Shown: positions 1 to 9,444 of the stretch, in pieces
Layout: the number at the start of each line of letters is the position of its first letter
Numbering within the stretch: position 1 is the stretch's first letter
NCBI GenBank assembly: GCA_040387635.1
Contig: JAZKDJ010000001.1
Coordinates: forward strand, 451,193-515,192
Length of the DNA stretch: 64,000 nucleotides
Direction: 5' to 3'
Origin: Patescibacteria group bacterium
Lineage (GTDB): Bacteria > Patescibacteriota > Minisyncoccia > Phycocordibacterales > PALSA-1337
Made by a program: the position numbers and the translations under genes
The notes under the pieces: model-generated
The model's database searches: none
What the model saw: only the letters and a program-made list of their open reading frames with translations
What the model was told of the DNA's origin: nothing

Positions 1-35
1 CGATAAGAAGGAGTTTTTGTTTTATACTTAGGCAC

Positions 36-521
36 ATGAAAGCATCACTTTGGATTTTTGTTTCGGTAGTCATTCTCCTGATTATAGGAGGTGTTAGTTA
101 TATTGTGTGGGGCGGGGGAGAAGCAAGAAAAGATTCTTCTATCGCTGGATTTAATTTTCCTGATAAGAAAACAGATACGCCTATTTCAGTAGGAACTCCA
201 GCCGCACAGTCAGTCGTTACACCTATAAACAATACTACGCAAGAAAAAGATATTGTCGGTTCGTGGACTGTGGTTGAGGGAGGTATTGATGAGGAAATTA
301 CTTTCTCAATAGATCAATCGGGCAAACACACATTCAGTTCTTACTCAGATGGCCTGTCATCATTCACTAATTGTCCTTGGAGCTTTGATGGGAAGAAGTT
401 ATCCATCGATTGTTCGTATGCTGGAATCAAATATCAATTCACGAGTGTTTCTGTTGCAGAGAATCGTCTGGTGTTTTCTAATGCCAATGGGGAAGGAGGG
501 GTGTACGAAAAGAACCATTAA
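36..521 (+). CDS. hypothetical membrane-anchored protein
   Basis: 161-aa ORF with a hydrophobic N-terminus (LWIFVSVVILLIIGGVSYIVW). No catalytic motif recognised. Confidence 0.5.
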   Translation: MKASLWIFVSVVILLIIGGVSYIVWGGGEARKDSSIAGFNFPDKKTDTPISVGTPAAQSVVTPINNTTQEKDIVGSWTVVEGGIDEEITFSIDQSGKHTFSSYSDGLSSFTNCPWSFDGKKLSIDCSYAGIKYQFTSVSVAENRLVFSNANGEGGVYEKNH

Positions 522-582
522 CACATTCCTTTACACTACTTTTGCACGCTAAAAGCAAATTTATAATGAATAAGTAGGGCTA

Positions 583-1086
583 CTATACCAGTCGAGCATC
601 CATGATTTTTATTGTGATAGCCTGATCGCTAACACGGTATAGTTTTGCTAGTTCTTTGATATTTGATATTTTCTTGAAATCTTTCTTAATGAATGCTGTT
701 GGCACAAGTAATTCTCCAGCAAATTGATTTGCCTCGGTTTCATTCAGGGAGCTGTCTTCGAGATTTTTATTGCAACCATGTCCCATAAGGAGATGACCTA
801 TTTCATGGGCGATAGTGAAGCGTCGTCGATACCATGGATGATTCGCGTTAAAACCTATTGTGGCGTACTCGGTATCAACTTCCTTGCACACAACAAGTAA
901 GCCGGATACTTTTTCTCCGACAGTAATCTTTTTAACATCGAGAGAATATGTCGTTTGAAGATGTTCGATCACTTTTTGAAGTGAGACAGGGGCGTTAAAA
1001 ATTCCAGAATTCCTTATCAGTTTTTGAGCTAAGTTTTTTGCCACCTTCTTTCGGGGACCAAATTCAGGAATGTCATTATTTTTCAT
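583..1086 (-). CDS. ImmA/IrrE-family zinc metallopeptidase
   Basis: HExxH motif in IAHEIGHLLMGH. Overlaps the upstream XRE gene by 11 nt, the usual XRE-ImmA pairing. Confidence 0.8.
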   Translation of the reverse strand: MKNNDIPEFGPRKKVAKNLAQKLIRNSGIFNAPVSLQKVIEHLQTTYSLDVKKITVGEKVSGLLVVCKEVDTEYATIGFNANHPWYRRRFTIAHEIGHLLMGHGCNKNLEDSSLNETEANQFAGELLVPTAFIKKDFKKISNIKELAKLYRVSDQAITIKIMDARLV

Positions 1087-1423
1087 TCTTTTTCTTCGCT
1101 AATTCAATGAACCGAAGAATGGCGTCTTTGTCTTCTTTTGATAGGTCTTTATCGGCACGAAGGGCAACTTGAACATCTACAACCCGATTTTCCTGACCTA
1201 AAAAATAACTTACATCACGGTGAAGGGCAGCGCTAAGATTTTCAAGTAACCCTGCTGTAACTTTACGATCGCCACTTTCTATCAAGGAAACAGCAGTAGC
1301 AGATTGAAAGCCAAGAGCTTGGGCTAAATCTGCCTGAGATAACCCACGTTCTTCTCTTGCGGCTTTAATACGGCTTCCAATATTGTTTATATTCTGCTCT
1401 TTTTTCATACTGATAGTATACAT
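1076..1423 (-). CDS. XRE-family helix-turn-helix transcriptional regulator
   Basis: HTH segment GLSQADLAQALGFQSATAVSLIESGDRKVT. 115 aa, directly upstream of the ImmA gene. Confidence 0.85.
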   Translation of the reverse strand: MYTISMKKEQNINNIGSRIKAAREERGLSQADLAQALGFQSATAVSLIESGDRKVTAGLLENLSAALHRDVSYFLGQENRVVDVQVALRADKDLSKEDKDAILRFIELAKKKNEK

Positions 1424-1460
1424 TTTTCATTATGATTTGACAACAGCTTTCGATTTTGCT

Positions 1461-1477
1461 AACGTTATATTAACGTT
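1461..1477. promoter_or_regulatory. candidate operator: inverted repeat AACGTTA-TAT-TAACGTT in the divergent xre / MBL intergenic region
   Basis: Two 7-bp perfect arms with a 3-nt spacer, read directly. Lies between divergently transcribed genes 1076-1423(-) and 1525-2577(+). Confidence 0.4.
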
Positions 1478-1524
1478 TTGAAAAAATCTCAGAACCTATT
1501 ACACATAAAGCTAAAAATCAAATT

Positions 1525-2577
1525 ATGCAGTACGAAATAGATTATATCCCAGTCGGCGAGGGCGAGAAAAGCGGTGACGCTATCTGTCTTCGTTATGGTA
1601 ACCTCATTGGTCCCCGTTCAGAACAAACAATTATTGTTATAGACGGTGGTGATAAGAAAGCCGGAGAGGCGATGGTTGCTCATATTAAAGAATACTACAA
1701 AACGGACAGCGTTAACTATGTTGTTTCCACGCATCCTGATGGAGATCATGCTTCTGGCCTTTGTGTCGTCTTGGAAGAACTAAAAGTAGGGGTTCTTCTT
1801 ATGCATCGACCTTGGGAGCATGCGGCAGACATTAGGGATTCCTTCAGTGATGGTCGATGGACTGCGAGAGGTTTGAGTGAAAAGATTGAAAAGTCTCTAA
1901 AGCATGCGTGTGAACTTGAGACAATCGCAGTAAGGAAAGGTATCACCATCGTTGAGCCGTTCCAAGGAGTCGGGACTCAAGATGGATCGATACGGTTTCT
2001 CGGACCTTCGATGGAGTTCTACCAAGATATGCTCACTCATTTTAGATCTACTCCGACTGCAAAAGTTGAGAACGGCCTACTCGGTGCTCTATTTCAAAAA
2101 GCGGAGGATGTCGTGCGATTGATTGGGGACAATCTCGGCATAGACATGTTAAACGACGACGAAGATACGACGTCTGCCGAGAATAATACGAGTGCCATCC
2201 TTTTACTCACGCTTGGAGAGCGCCGCCTCTTGTTTACCGGTGATGCTGGGAAAACAGCGTTGTTGAGTACACTCGCACACGCAGACTCGATCAATATACC
2301 TCTCACTGGACTTCAATTCTTTGATGTTCCGCACCATGGCAGCAGGCGAAACCTCAACACCAAGATTCTAAAAAGAATGAACGGAACGACTGCTTTCGTA
2401 TCTGCATCAGGCGAAAATAAGAAGCATCCCTCAAAGAGAGTGACAAATGCTTTGGTAAAACATGGAGCGAGAGTATTCGTGAATCGAAAGTCAACACTCC
2501 ATCATCACCACAACGCTCCCACCCGAAATTGGGGACCAGCGACAGTCGAACCATTTCATTCACAAGTAGAAGAATAA
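1525..2577 (+). CDS. metallo-beta-lactamase-fold hydrolase (ComEC-type MBL domain, soluble)
   Basis: Motif STHPDGDHASG (HxxxDH type), later FTGDAG and VPHHGS. 350 aa. Confidence 0.7.
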   Translation: MQYEIDYIPVGEGEKSGDAICLRYGNLIGPRSEQTIIVIDGGDKKAGEAMVAHIKEYYKTDSVNYVVSTHPDGDHASGLCVVLEELKVGVLLMHRPWEHAADIRDSFSDGRWTARGLSEKIEKSLKHACELETIAVRKGITIVEPFQGVGTQDGSIRFLGPSMEFYQDMLTHFRSTPTAKVENGLLGALFQKAEDVVRLIGDNLGIDMLNDDEDTTSAENNTSAILLLTLGERRLLFTGDAGKTALLSTLAHADSINIPLTGLQFFDVPHHGSRRNLNTKILKRMNGTTAFVSASGENKKHPSKRVTNALVKHGARVFVNRKSTLHHHHNAPTRNWGPATVEPFHSQVEE

Positions 2578-2578
2578 T

Positions 2579-3268
2579 ATGCTAAATAAATACACACGCA
2601 CAGCGCGAATATATCCCGCCATTATCTGCTCAGTACCAATTTTTATGCTGAACTACTTTCTATTGAGTTCCTACACCGCCGATTTTTTCGCTTCACTAGA
2701 AGGAATCAGATGGGTTGGAGGCATAACTATATCAGTAGCGCTGACATTCCTACTTGCTCAAGCAGGTAGATTCGTCGGCAAGGAGCTTTTTGAGAAAATT
2801 CATTTCAAGGACGAGTTGTATATGCCGACAACAGAGTTTCTGCTCCATTCCGATACAACCTACTCGCCTGAGCATAAAGATAGACTACATTCAAAAATTC
2901 TAGCTGAATTTGCTATACAGATTCATTCTCCTGAACAAGAAGATACAGATATAATGGCTGCCCGACGAACTCTGGTTGAAAGTGTAAGTATGATTCGAGG
3001 GAAGGTAAAAAATGGACAACTTTTGCTCCAACACAACATTGAGTATGGATTTGCCCGTAATCTCATTGGAGGATCGTTACTAGCTCTTTATGTTTCCATA
3101 TTTAACTTATATGTCTTCGGCTTCTTTTTTCCGAATCAATTGGGGTTTTATCTGTCCTTGTCTGTAGGGATGATATATCTACTTATCGTGATTATTGGCA
3201 GATATCTGATAGGAAGATATGGAGTTCGTTACGCAAAGGTTCTTATCCAAGAATACCTACTCGCATAA
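2579..3268 (+). CDS. polytopic membrane protein of unknown function
   Basis: 229 aa with hydrophobic helices at both ends and a soluble middle. Its ATG is 1 nt after the MBL stop, suggesting translational coupling. Confidence 0.6.
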   Translation: MLNKYTRTARIYPAIICSVPIFMLNYFLLSSYTADFFASLEGIRWVGGITISVALTFLLAQAGRFVGKELFEKIHFKDELYMPTTEFLLHSDTTYSPEHKDRLHSKILAEFAIQIHSPEQEDTDIMAARRTLVESVSMIRGKVKNGQLLLQHNIEYGFARNLIGGSLLALYVSIFNLYVFGFFFPNQLGFYLSLSVGMIYLLIVIIGRYLIGRYGVRYAKVLIQEYLLA

Positions 3269-3307
3269 GCAACAAAACAACCCATCTAATTGGGGTTGTT
3301 TTGTTGC
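3269..3307 (+). terminator. intrinsic terminator hairpin
   Basis: 15-bp perfect stem GCAACAAAACAACCC / GGGTTGTTTTGTTGC immediately after the stop codon. Confidence 0.7.
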
Positions 3308-3363
3308 TTGACTCTATACAAAAAGTGATTTATTAATACACCTCGGTAGGCCTCACTAGCTTG

Positions 3364-3435
3364 TGCTCCCAGTAGGAATCGAACCTACATTTTAACTTCC
3401 GCAAAGTCATGTCCTATCCATTGAACGATGGGAGC
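3364..3435 (-). tRNA. tRNA-Arg (anticodon GCG)
   Basis: Hand-folded 72-nt cloverleaf: acceptor GCTCCCA/TGGGAGC, T-arm GTAGG-TTCGATT-CCTAC, anticodon loop TTGCGGA. No encoded CCA. Confidence 0.8.
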
Positions 3436-3496
3436 TTGTAGGAGATAGACTAACATAGGTTTAATCCATTCTCCACTTCCGGCTATTTAATTGTGC

Positions 3497-3958
3497 TTAG
3501 AATCCAAATTTCTCCAATACTTTTAGAAGGAACGGCTCTTCGTGCTTGGTTTCGGCAATATAGGTAAGGAGAATCTTTCGTACATCCTCTGGGTCAACTT
3601 CATCGATAGGGATGTGGAGATACGGCATGAAAAACTTATGCGACTTGATGAGAATATGCGGGGCAGGGTGGTTGTGGTCTATCCAGAAAGATTCAAGATC
3701 TAGAAAAGGATACAGTGTGTCACCGATGATAATACCGCGGTCGTTTATTTCATGGTTGACGACGCGTGGAGGCTTCGATGCGTGTATCGCAAGAGCGAAT
3801 CCGCTTACAAGAATGAATATTGCGAAGATAACATTGCTCAAGATGAGCGATAGAGCGGCAGCAGTGACGGTAATGATTCCTACAGACCAGTACCACTCTG
3901 AAGTTTTTGGTGCATACGAATGCTCGTATGCGTTCCATGAGATGAGCGTCTCGTTCAT
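3497..3958 (-). CDS. hypothetical membrane protein (two TM helices plus soluble C-terminal domain)
   Basis: 153 aa; hydrophobic stretch WSVGIITVTAAALSLILSNVIFAIFILVSGFALAI. Confidence 0.55.
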   Translation of the reverse strand: MNETLISWNAYEHSYAPKTSEWYWSVGIITVTAAALSLILSNVIFAIFILVSGFALAIHASKPPRVVNHEINDRGIIIGDTLYPFLDLESFWIDHNHPAPHILIKSHKFFMPYLHIPIDEVDPEDVRKILLTYIAETKHEEPFLLKVLEKFGF

Positions 3959-4043
3959 GGGACTAGTATACCACGCTGATGTGACGGCTTCTTTTGTATA
4001 TATAGTGGATAAAAAAGCATCCGGTTCAGGGAACCGGACGCGA

Positions 4044-4619
4044 TCAGTGGCTTAGATTTGCTGTGAAGCCAAGCTCTTCAGCTTTTTTCTTGATGATGGC
4101 ATCGAGCGGCATCATTTTGGCGCCGCAGTAATACTCGGCGCTCAGTCGATCGTTTACTTCCACGATCTTCCTCCTAATGGCTGAAATGCCGATGTGTCCT
4201 AGGACATCCCTCGTCCTCAAATTAAAGACGATGGATTGAATGCCTAGAGGCGTGCCTGAAAGGAAGTTTTTGATAGTGGGTTTGAGGCCCTGTCTGACAA
4301 TGTGTCGGACGTGTTCGATGGGGATGAGGTCAATCTTCAAGTCACCGCGGATGAGCTTGGGATTGCCGTAGCGGTTTGTAGAGACCGTCCAGCTTTTGTC
4401 GACCTTGATTTTCTTGGGGAGCCTTTCCACTAAAAAATCAAAATCAACATCTTGCTCGCGAAGGGGTTTCGCGCCGTAGAGCGTTGTCGCCAATGTTCTA
4501 TAAATGTATCCTCCAATAAGCCAGACCGAGCCTTCGGAGTTGTTTTCTGCGACTGATACGGCTTCCAGGAAGCTTTTGTGCTTCTGGGCGGCTGACAGGA
4601 ATGGTTCCGTAACGTCCAT
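4044..4619 (-). CDS. putative nucleotidyltransferase-fold protein
   Basis: WLIGGYIYR ... DVDFDF pattern resembles the G-G/S ... DxD signature of Pol-beta-type nucleotidyltransferases. Weak call. Confidence 0.4.
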   Translation of the reverse strand: MDVTEPFLSAAQKHKSFLEAVSVAENNSEGSVWLIGGYIYRTLATTLYGAKPLREQDVDFDFLVERLPKKIKVDKSWTVSTNRYGNPKLIRGDLKIDLIPIEHVRHIVRQGLKPTIKNFLSGTPLGIQSIVFNLRTRDVLGHIGISAIRRKIVEVNDRLSAEYYCGAKMMPLDAIIKKKAEELGFTANLSH

Positions 4620-4735
4620 ACGCCATTTAAATTATCTATAATTAATATTAGTTGTGGCTCGAAAAAAATCAAGGGTTTTCGGTCGTTTCTCAACCTAAGA
4701 TCCTCACGCAGTCCTCATAATTCCGGTGCTATACT

Positions 4736-5068
4736 TTGGTCATGGAAAGAATATTACAATCTGACATATTCTTTTTTATTACAAGCATTGCCGCTATCAT
4801 AGTGACAATAGGCTTGGCTTTGGTACTTTTCGAGGCGTATAAGATTCTCCGCTCGGTTAAGAAAATTTCAGCCGACGTGGAAGAAACTGTTATTGAAGCG
4901 CGCGGAACCATCTCGGATGTTCGCGGGCGCCTGGCGGCCATGCCTGGATTGGGATTTCTTTTGAAGTCATTCAAATCCCATCCATCTCACAGCTCAGCGG
5001 TCGCGGCAAGGAAGCATCTTAATAAAAAACAAAATCATGGAACAGACAAAAGCAGAGAAAAAAAATAA
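4736..5068 (+). CDS. small membrane protein, DUF948-like
   Basis: One TM helix then a helical region. The ATG at 4742 sits 7 nt after TATACT (4730-4735), so the true start may be 4742. Confidence 0.5.
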   Translation: MVMERILQSDIFFFITSIAAIIVTIGLALVLFEAYKILRSVKKISADVEETVIEARGTISDVRGRLAAMPGLGFLLKSFKSHPSHSSAVAARKHLNKKQNHGTDKSREKK

Positions 5069-5447
5069 CGAAACCAAGCATAACGTAATGGTTGGGGCGG
5101 GAATTGGTGCGGCTGTCCTCGCGGCTGCTGCAGGAGCGTATTTCCTATACGGCAAGGATGGTGCTAAGCATCGCAAGAAGGTAAGGTCGTGGGCTCTTAG
5201 AGTGAAGGCTGAGGTTATGGATCGGATGGAAGGTATGAAGGAGATGACTGAGGAAGCGTACTATTCTATCCTCGACAATGTTCAGCAGAAATACGCGACA
5301 CTCAAGGAGATTCCAGCGGATGAACTCATAGCACTCATGGGTGAGTTGCGAGGACACTGGAAGAATCTGAAGAGAGATGCGCATCCTAAGAAGGCATCGA
5401 GAAGTGGCTCAAGGAAGGTGACAACGGTGAAGGCAAGAAAAGCTTAG
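5037..5447 (+). CDS. YtxH-like small membrane protein
   Basis: Gly/Ala-rich TM (VMVGAGIGAAVLAAAAGAYFLYG) followed by a long amphipathic helical region. Confidence 0.55.
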   Translation: MEQTKAEKKNNETKHNVMVGAGIGAAVLAAAAGAYFLYGKDGAKHRKKVRSWALRVKAEVMDRMEGMKEMTEEAYYSILDNVQQKYATLKEIPADELIALMGELRGHWKNLKRDAHPKKASRSGSRKVTTVKARKA

Positions 5448-5533
5448 TGCTGACATGGAAGGGTAATTGCTCTTGTGCACATGCATGAGAGCTTTGCTGT
5501 TTGCGCGTATGCTAGAATTCAAAGCAATATTAT

Positions 5534-6625
5534 ATGGCATCGCGCAAGAAAAATCGTGTAGCATCTCCAATCAAAAAGTTTTCTTATATTTTAATATTGG
5601 CAATAATTCTTATTGGCGGTTTGTTTTACGCAGACAATATTTTCACTCCCTCACACACTGCCGATGAGCATTTGGGTTTACATGATGCACATAATATTGA
5701 TAAGACACCTGTAGGACTGAGACCTATACGCGACAAGCTCATCGCCATGCTCGATGCCAAAGATCCGAATACTATTTTCAATGTAGTTGATGCTATCCAA
5801 GCCGACTCGGCTCTCTCGGTTAATTGTCACGATATCGCGCATGACATTGGTCATAAGGCATATGAGTTGTATGGCTTTTCTGAAGCTATGACCTTCGATA
5901 ATCCTAACCATGTGAAGCATGCTCTCGTTCAATATATATGCGCAGGAGGATACATGCATGGAATTCTTGAGCAGTTAGTTTTTGATAAGCCAGAATTCTT
6001 GGAGCGGCCTGAGATCATTTGCGACCAAGTGCCTGAGAGCGATCGTGCGAGTTGTTTCCATGGAGTAGGTCATGTGTTCATGATGTATTACAAGCGAAAC
6101 GTGCCAGCTTCCATTCTTGGTTGTCGTGTTATCAAGGAAGCTTCTGATACATACCGATGTTTCGAGGGTGTACGTATGGAGCAGTTCTGGGGTAATTCGG
6201 ACGGGATGACGACAACTGAACTAGGTTGGGACCTCAAGCGACCATTAGATTCCTGTGTAGCTGCAAAAGAGGATGAAAAACCAACTTGTTTTCTCTATGC
6301 AACTTTTGGATATTTGAGAACGCATGTCAAAGATTATTTCGGAGCAGCACATCTATGTACTAACAGTGAACTGCCGCCATCTGATACACAGTTCTGTCTC
6401 AAGGGACTTGGTATGACCATGATGAGTAAATTTAAGGGCCAAAACATGGAGGGTTCTGAGATTTATGTAGATGGCATGTCGATTGATGAGAAGAGAGCTT
6501 TCTATCAGGGTGTGACTGGATACGCGCGACTCTCGGGTGTTAGTGCGGAACAACTTCGAAATGCATGCCTCATGCTCAAGAGTGATGTGGAGGTTTGTCT
6601 CGATGCACTCAGTGGATATAAATAG
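5534..6625 (+). CDS. membrane-anchored hypothetical protein with repeated Cys/His motifs
   Basis: N-terminal TM. Recurrent motifs CHDIAHDIGH, CFHGVGH, CFEGV and CLKGLG. Confidence 0.55.
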   Translation: MASRKKNRVASPIKKFSYILILAIILIGGLFYADNIFTPSHTADEHLGLHDAHNIDKTPVGLRPIRDKLIAMLDAKDPNTIFNVVDAIQADSALSVNCHDIAHDIGHKAYELYGFSEAMTFDNPNHVKHALVQYICAGGYMHGILEQLVFDKPEFLERPEIICDQVPESDRASCFHGVGHVFMMYYKRNVPASILGCRVIKEASDTYRCFEGVRMEQFWGNSDGMTTTELGWDLKRPLDSCVAAKEDEKPTCFLYATFGYLRTHVKDYFGAAHLCTNSELPPSDTQFCLKGLGMTMMSKFKGQNMEGSEIYVDGMSIDEKRAFYQGVTGYARLSGVSAEQLRNACLMLKSDVEVCLDALSGYK

Positions 6626-6661
6626 AGGCTAAAAAATACCTCAAAATGTTATAATGGATGT

Positions 6662-7540
6662 ATGCAAAAAATACTTCCACATCTATGGTTTGATAAAGAG
6701 GCGAAAGAGGCGGCAGAATTTTATGTAACTCTTTTTCCAGATTCAAAAATTGAGAATGTCCAAGTCATCACAGACACTCCTTCGGGAGATTGCGACATTG
6801 TGAATTTCAAGCTTGCTGGACAGGATTTCATGTCTATCAGTGCAGGACCGTATTTTAAACTTAATCCATCTATTTCACTCTTTGTAGTTTTTGATACTGA
6901 AGCGGAGATTGAAGCTGTGTGGAACAAATTGATCGAGGGAGGAAAGGCTCTTATGCCATACGATACATATCCGTGGGCGAAGAAGTATGGATGGCTGCAG
7001 GATAAATACGGACTCTCATGGCAGCTTTCAATGAGTGAAAACCATGACATGAAGCAGAAGATTACTCCAGCCTTGATGTTTACTCAGGAACTTTCTGGTA
7101 AGGCAAAGGAAGCTATTGCGGATTACACAAGCATTTTCCCAAATTCAAAGATTGAGATGATGATGCCTTACGAGAAAGGGGAAGGAGACACAGAAGGCTT
7201 TATAAAGCATGCTCGATTCTCACTCTCAGGACATAATTTCATTGCAATGGACAGCTCTGGTCCTCACGAATTCAAGTTCAACGAAGCGGTTTCTATTATA
7301 GTTAACTGCGATACTCAGGAAGAGATCGACTATTATTGGGGCAAACTTTCAGCCGTACCTGAATCAGAACAGTGTGGTTGGCTCAAAGATAAGTATGGTG
7401 TCTCATGGCAGATCACTCCAACAATCATGAACGACATGTATGCAAATGGTACTAAAGAACAGATTGCTCGAGTTACTCAGGCTTTTCTTAAAATGAAAAA
7501 GTTTGATATCGCCGCGCTTAAGAAGGCGTTTGCGGAATAG
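6662..7540 (+). CDS. VOC (glyoxalase-fold) family protein, tandem PhnB/3-demethylubiquinone-methyltransferase-like domains
   Basis: Both halves carry the pattern PxLxF ... FY ... FP.SKI ... KYG.SWQ. Confidence 0.7.
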   Translation: MQKILPHLWFDKEAKEAAEFYVTLFPDSKIENVQVITDTPSGDCDIVNFKLAGQDFMSISAGPYFKLNPSISLFVVFDTEAEIEAVWNKLIEGGKALMPYDTYPWAKKYGWLQDKYGLSWQLSMSENHDMKQKITPALMFTQELSGKAKEAIADYTSIFPNSKIEMMMPYEKGEGDTEGFIKHARFSLSGHNFIAMDSSGPHEFKFNEAVSIIVNCDTQEEIDYYWGKLSAVPESEQCGWLKDKYGVSWQITPTIMNDMYANGTKEQIARVTQAFLKMKKFDIAALKKAFAE

Positions 7541-7546
7541 ATATTG

Positions 7547-8428
7547 TTAGTCTCGCATAGCTCTCCCACCAAGTCTGAGGCGGATCATCTCAAAGATTCG
7601 GACTGAATGGACTATGCACTCAAGGAATAAGATACGCCGTTTTTGCGAGGGAGAAATTCCGGTAATTTTCTGTAGCCGATTAAATCTGTACCTTGTATCA
7701 GATTGCATATAGCGAAGATAATCAAGATATTTCTTTGCTTTGCCGTTGTGGTTGATATAAATTCCACCTACGATTCTTCGTGCTCTCAGGATTATTTTTC
7801 TTATACTTCTGCGTGCGGGATGGAAAACAATTGCTTGGTCAGCAAAGAAAAGGGAAGCACCAAGGGTGACCGCTCGTCGGCACCATTCGAAATCACCGCC
7901 AGAATAATGTAGTTCGCTAAACCCTCCTGTCTTTTGGAATACTTCTTTGGATGTAAACAAATTGGCTGTGGCTGCAAATCCAGCATTCTCAATGAAATGC
8001 TTTTGGTTTATGGAGAAAAGGGAATCATAAAGTTCGGCTGTGGATGGTGAAGCTCCACGAAAGCGGAATTCAACTCTGCCTCCGACTATGGATGGGTGTG
8101 GTTGTGAAGCGAGAGCAGCTACGCCGTTCTCTATCCATGACGCATCAGGAATGCAATCTGAATCAGTGAAAGCAATAATGTCGCCCTTGGCAACGGCTAA
8201 GCCTTTGTTACGTGCAGCGTATGATCCAGGTTTTCTCTCACGCTCTATACGTACAGATGCGGGGAAGCTAAGGTTCTCTCGGCTTACAAATGTTTCGTCA
8301 GTATTATTGTCGATGACGATAACCTCGAACTTGTCTGAGGGGTAGGTTTGCTGTGTGAGGGCGTCGATGCAGTAACGTAACTTGTCGTAATCTCGATATG
8401 TAGGAATGATTACTGAAACAAATGGCAT
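7547..8428 (-). CDS. family-2 glycosyltransferase
   Basis: VSVIIPTYRDYDKL, VIDNNTDE and FTDSDCIP (DxD) motifs. Confidence 0.8.
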   Translation of the reverse strand: MPFVSVIIPTYRDYDKLRYCIDALTQQTYPSDKFEVIVIDNNTDETFVSRENLSFPASVRIERERKPGSYAARNKGLAVAKGDIIAFTDSDCIPDASWIENGVAALASQPHPSIVGGRVEFRFRGASPSTAELYDSLFSINQKHFIENAGFAATANLFTSKEVFQKTGGFSELHYSGGDFEWCRRAVTLGASLFFADQAIVFHPARRSIRKIILRARRIVGGIYINHNGKAKKYLDYLRYMQSDTRYRFNRLQKITGISPSQKRRILFLECIVHSVRIFEMIRLRLGGRAMRD

Positions 8429-8853
8429 TAAGCTGTAGGATATTTTTCGAACTTAGGTAACTCAGGATTCATTGTGTCCCATGATTGAGCATCTGATGTC
8501 CAAACATCAAACTGTTGATTGAACCAACTAGAATCATCCAGACTTCCAGTCATAACCGCAGTTACGCTAGGAGCAGAGTCGGGTAGGGAGATGATAGGTG
8601 AGCCGCAGTCTGCACAAAAGCCTCGATGATTTTTGCCACCCCCAGCGCTGTCTGTTAGATAAAATTTCAAATCTCCTTGAGTGATTTTAAAAGTTTCTTT
8701 TGGTACGACGGTGTATGAGGAAAACGGTCCTCCGCTCCATTTCTGACAGTCTGTGCAATGACAGTGAAGCATTGCTACTGCTTCTGCTGCAGATTCATAA
8801 CGAATTTTTCCGCACGCGCATCCACCAGTAATGGGTAGGTTTGTTTTGTTCAT
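8428..8853 (-). CDS. GFA (glutathione-dependent formaldehyde-activating / CENP-V-like) family protein
   Basis: GGCACGKIRY ... CHCTDCQK ... CADCGS cysteine pattern. Confidence 0.75.
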   Translation of the reverse strand: MNKTNLPITGGCACGKIRYESAAEAVAMLHCHCTDCQKWSGGPFSSYTVVPKETFKITQGDLKFYLTDSAGGGKNHRGFCADCGSPIISLPDSAPSVTAVMTGSLDDSSWFNQQFDVWTSDAQSWDTMNPELPKFEKYPTA

Positions 8854-8912
8854 GGGCTTATAGTAGCACTTTTTATTTTTGGTGCACCAAGTACTTTAGT
8901 AATGTATTAAAA

Positions 8913-9260
8913 CTAGTTATACCAACATTTTCCAGGAAGGAGTTCAATTCCACGTACCAATGCTTCTGCACACCATACTGGCTGATGAGCAATTACAGGT
9001 AATGTGGAAATTATCATCAGGATAAAAATAAAAAGAAAGGATCGGATTTCTTGAGGTTTAGTTAGCGGAATTGGTTTCTTATAGCTACGAATGAGGTTGA
9101 TGTAAAAAATGAATGCAATTAAAAGAACGAAGGGCGGTAATTGTTGCACATAGCTGTCTCCAAATCCTGAGAATATAAATGACAAAACTGCCAAGAAACC
9201 TGTAATTAAAAATAAAAGAGCGAACAATACTAATAAACTAATTCGTGATGCTTTTGACAT
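8913..9260 (-). CDS. hypothetical small membrane protein
   Basis: 115 aa with three hydrophobic segments. Confidence 0.45.
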   Translation of the reverse strand: MSKASRISLLVLFALLFLITGFLAVLSFIFSGFGDSYVQQLPPFVLLIAFIFYINLIRSYKKPIPLTKPQEIRSFLFIFILMIISTLPVIAHQPVWCAEALVRGIELLPGKCWYN

Positions 9261-9280
9261 ACATTGAGTATATCACTATG

Positions 9281-9367
9281 CGGATGGGGTGAGATTCGAA
9301 CTCACGACCCAGTTACCCGGGTGACGGTTTTCAAGACCGTTGCTTTAGACCACTCAGCCACCCATCC
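9281..9367 (-). tRNA. tRNA-Ser (anticodon TGA)
   Basis: 87 nt with a long variable arm. Anticodon arm ACGGT-CTTGAAA-ACCGT; T-loop GTTCGAATC. Confidence 0.85.
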
Positions 9368-9444
9368 AAGGTGTAACGGAAATAATTACATATTTTAGGT
9401 CAGAATTCAACTTTTACAAAGAAAAACCCCCCGAAAAACTACTT

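Noticed and set aside
3612-4055. 147-aa plus-strand ORF
   Set aside because: It is antisense to 3497-3958 and overlaps the 3' end of 4044-4619. The minus-strand product has a coherent two-TM architecture.
4430-4693. 87-aa minus-strand ORF overlapping 4044-4619 in another frame
   Set aside because: It is nested in a different frame of the longer nucleotidyltransferase-like ORF and has no independent support.
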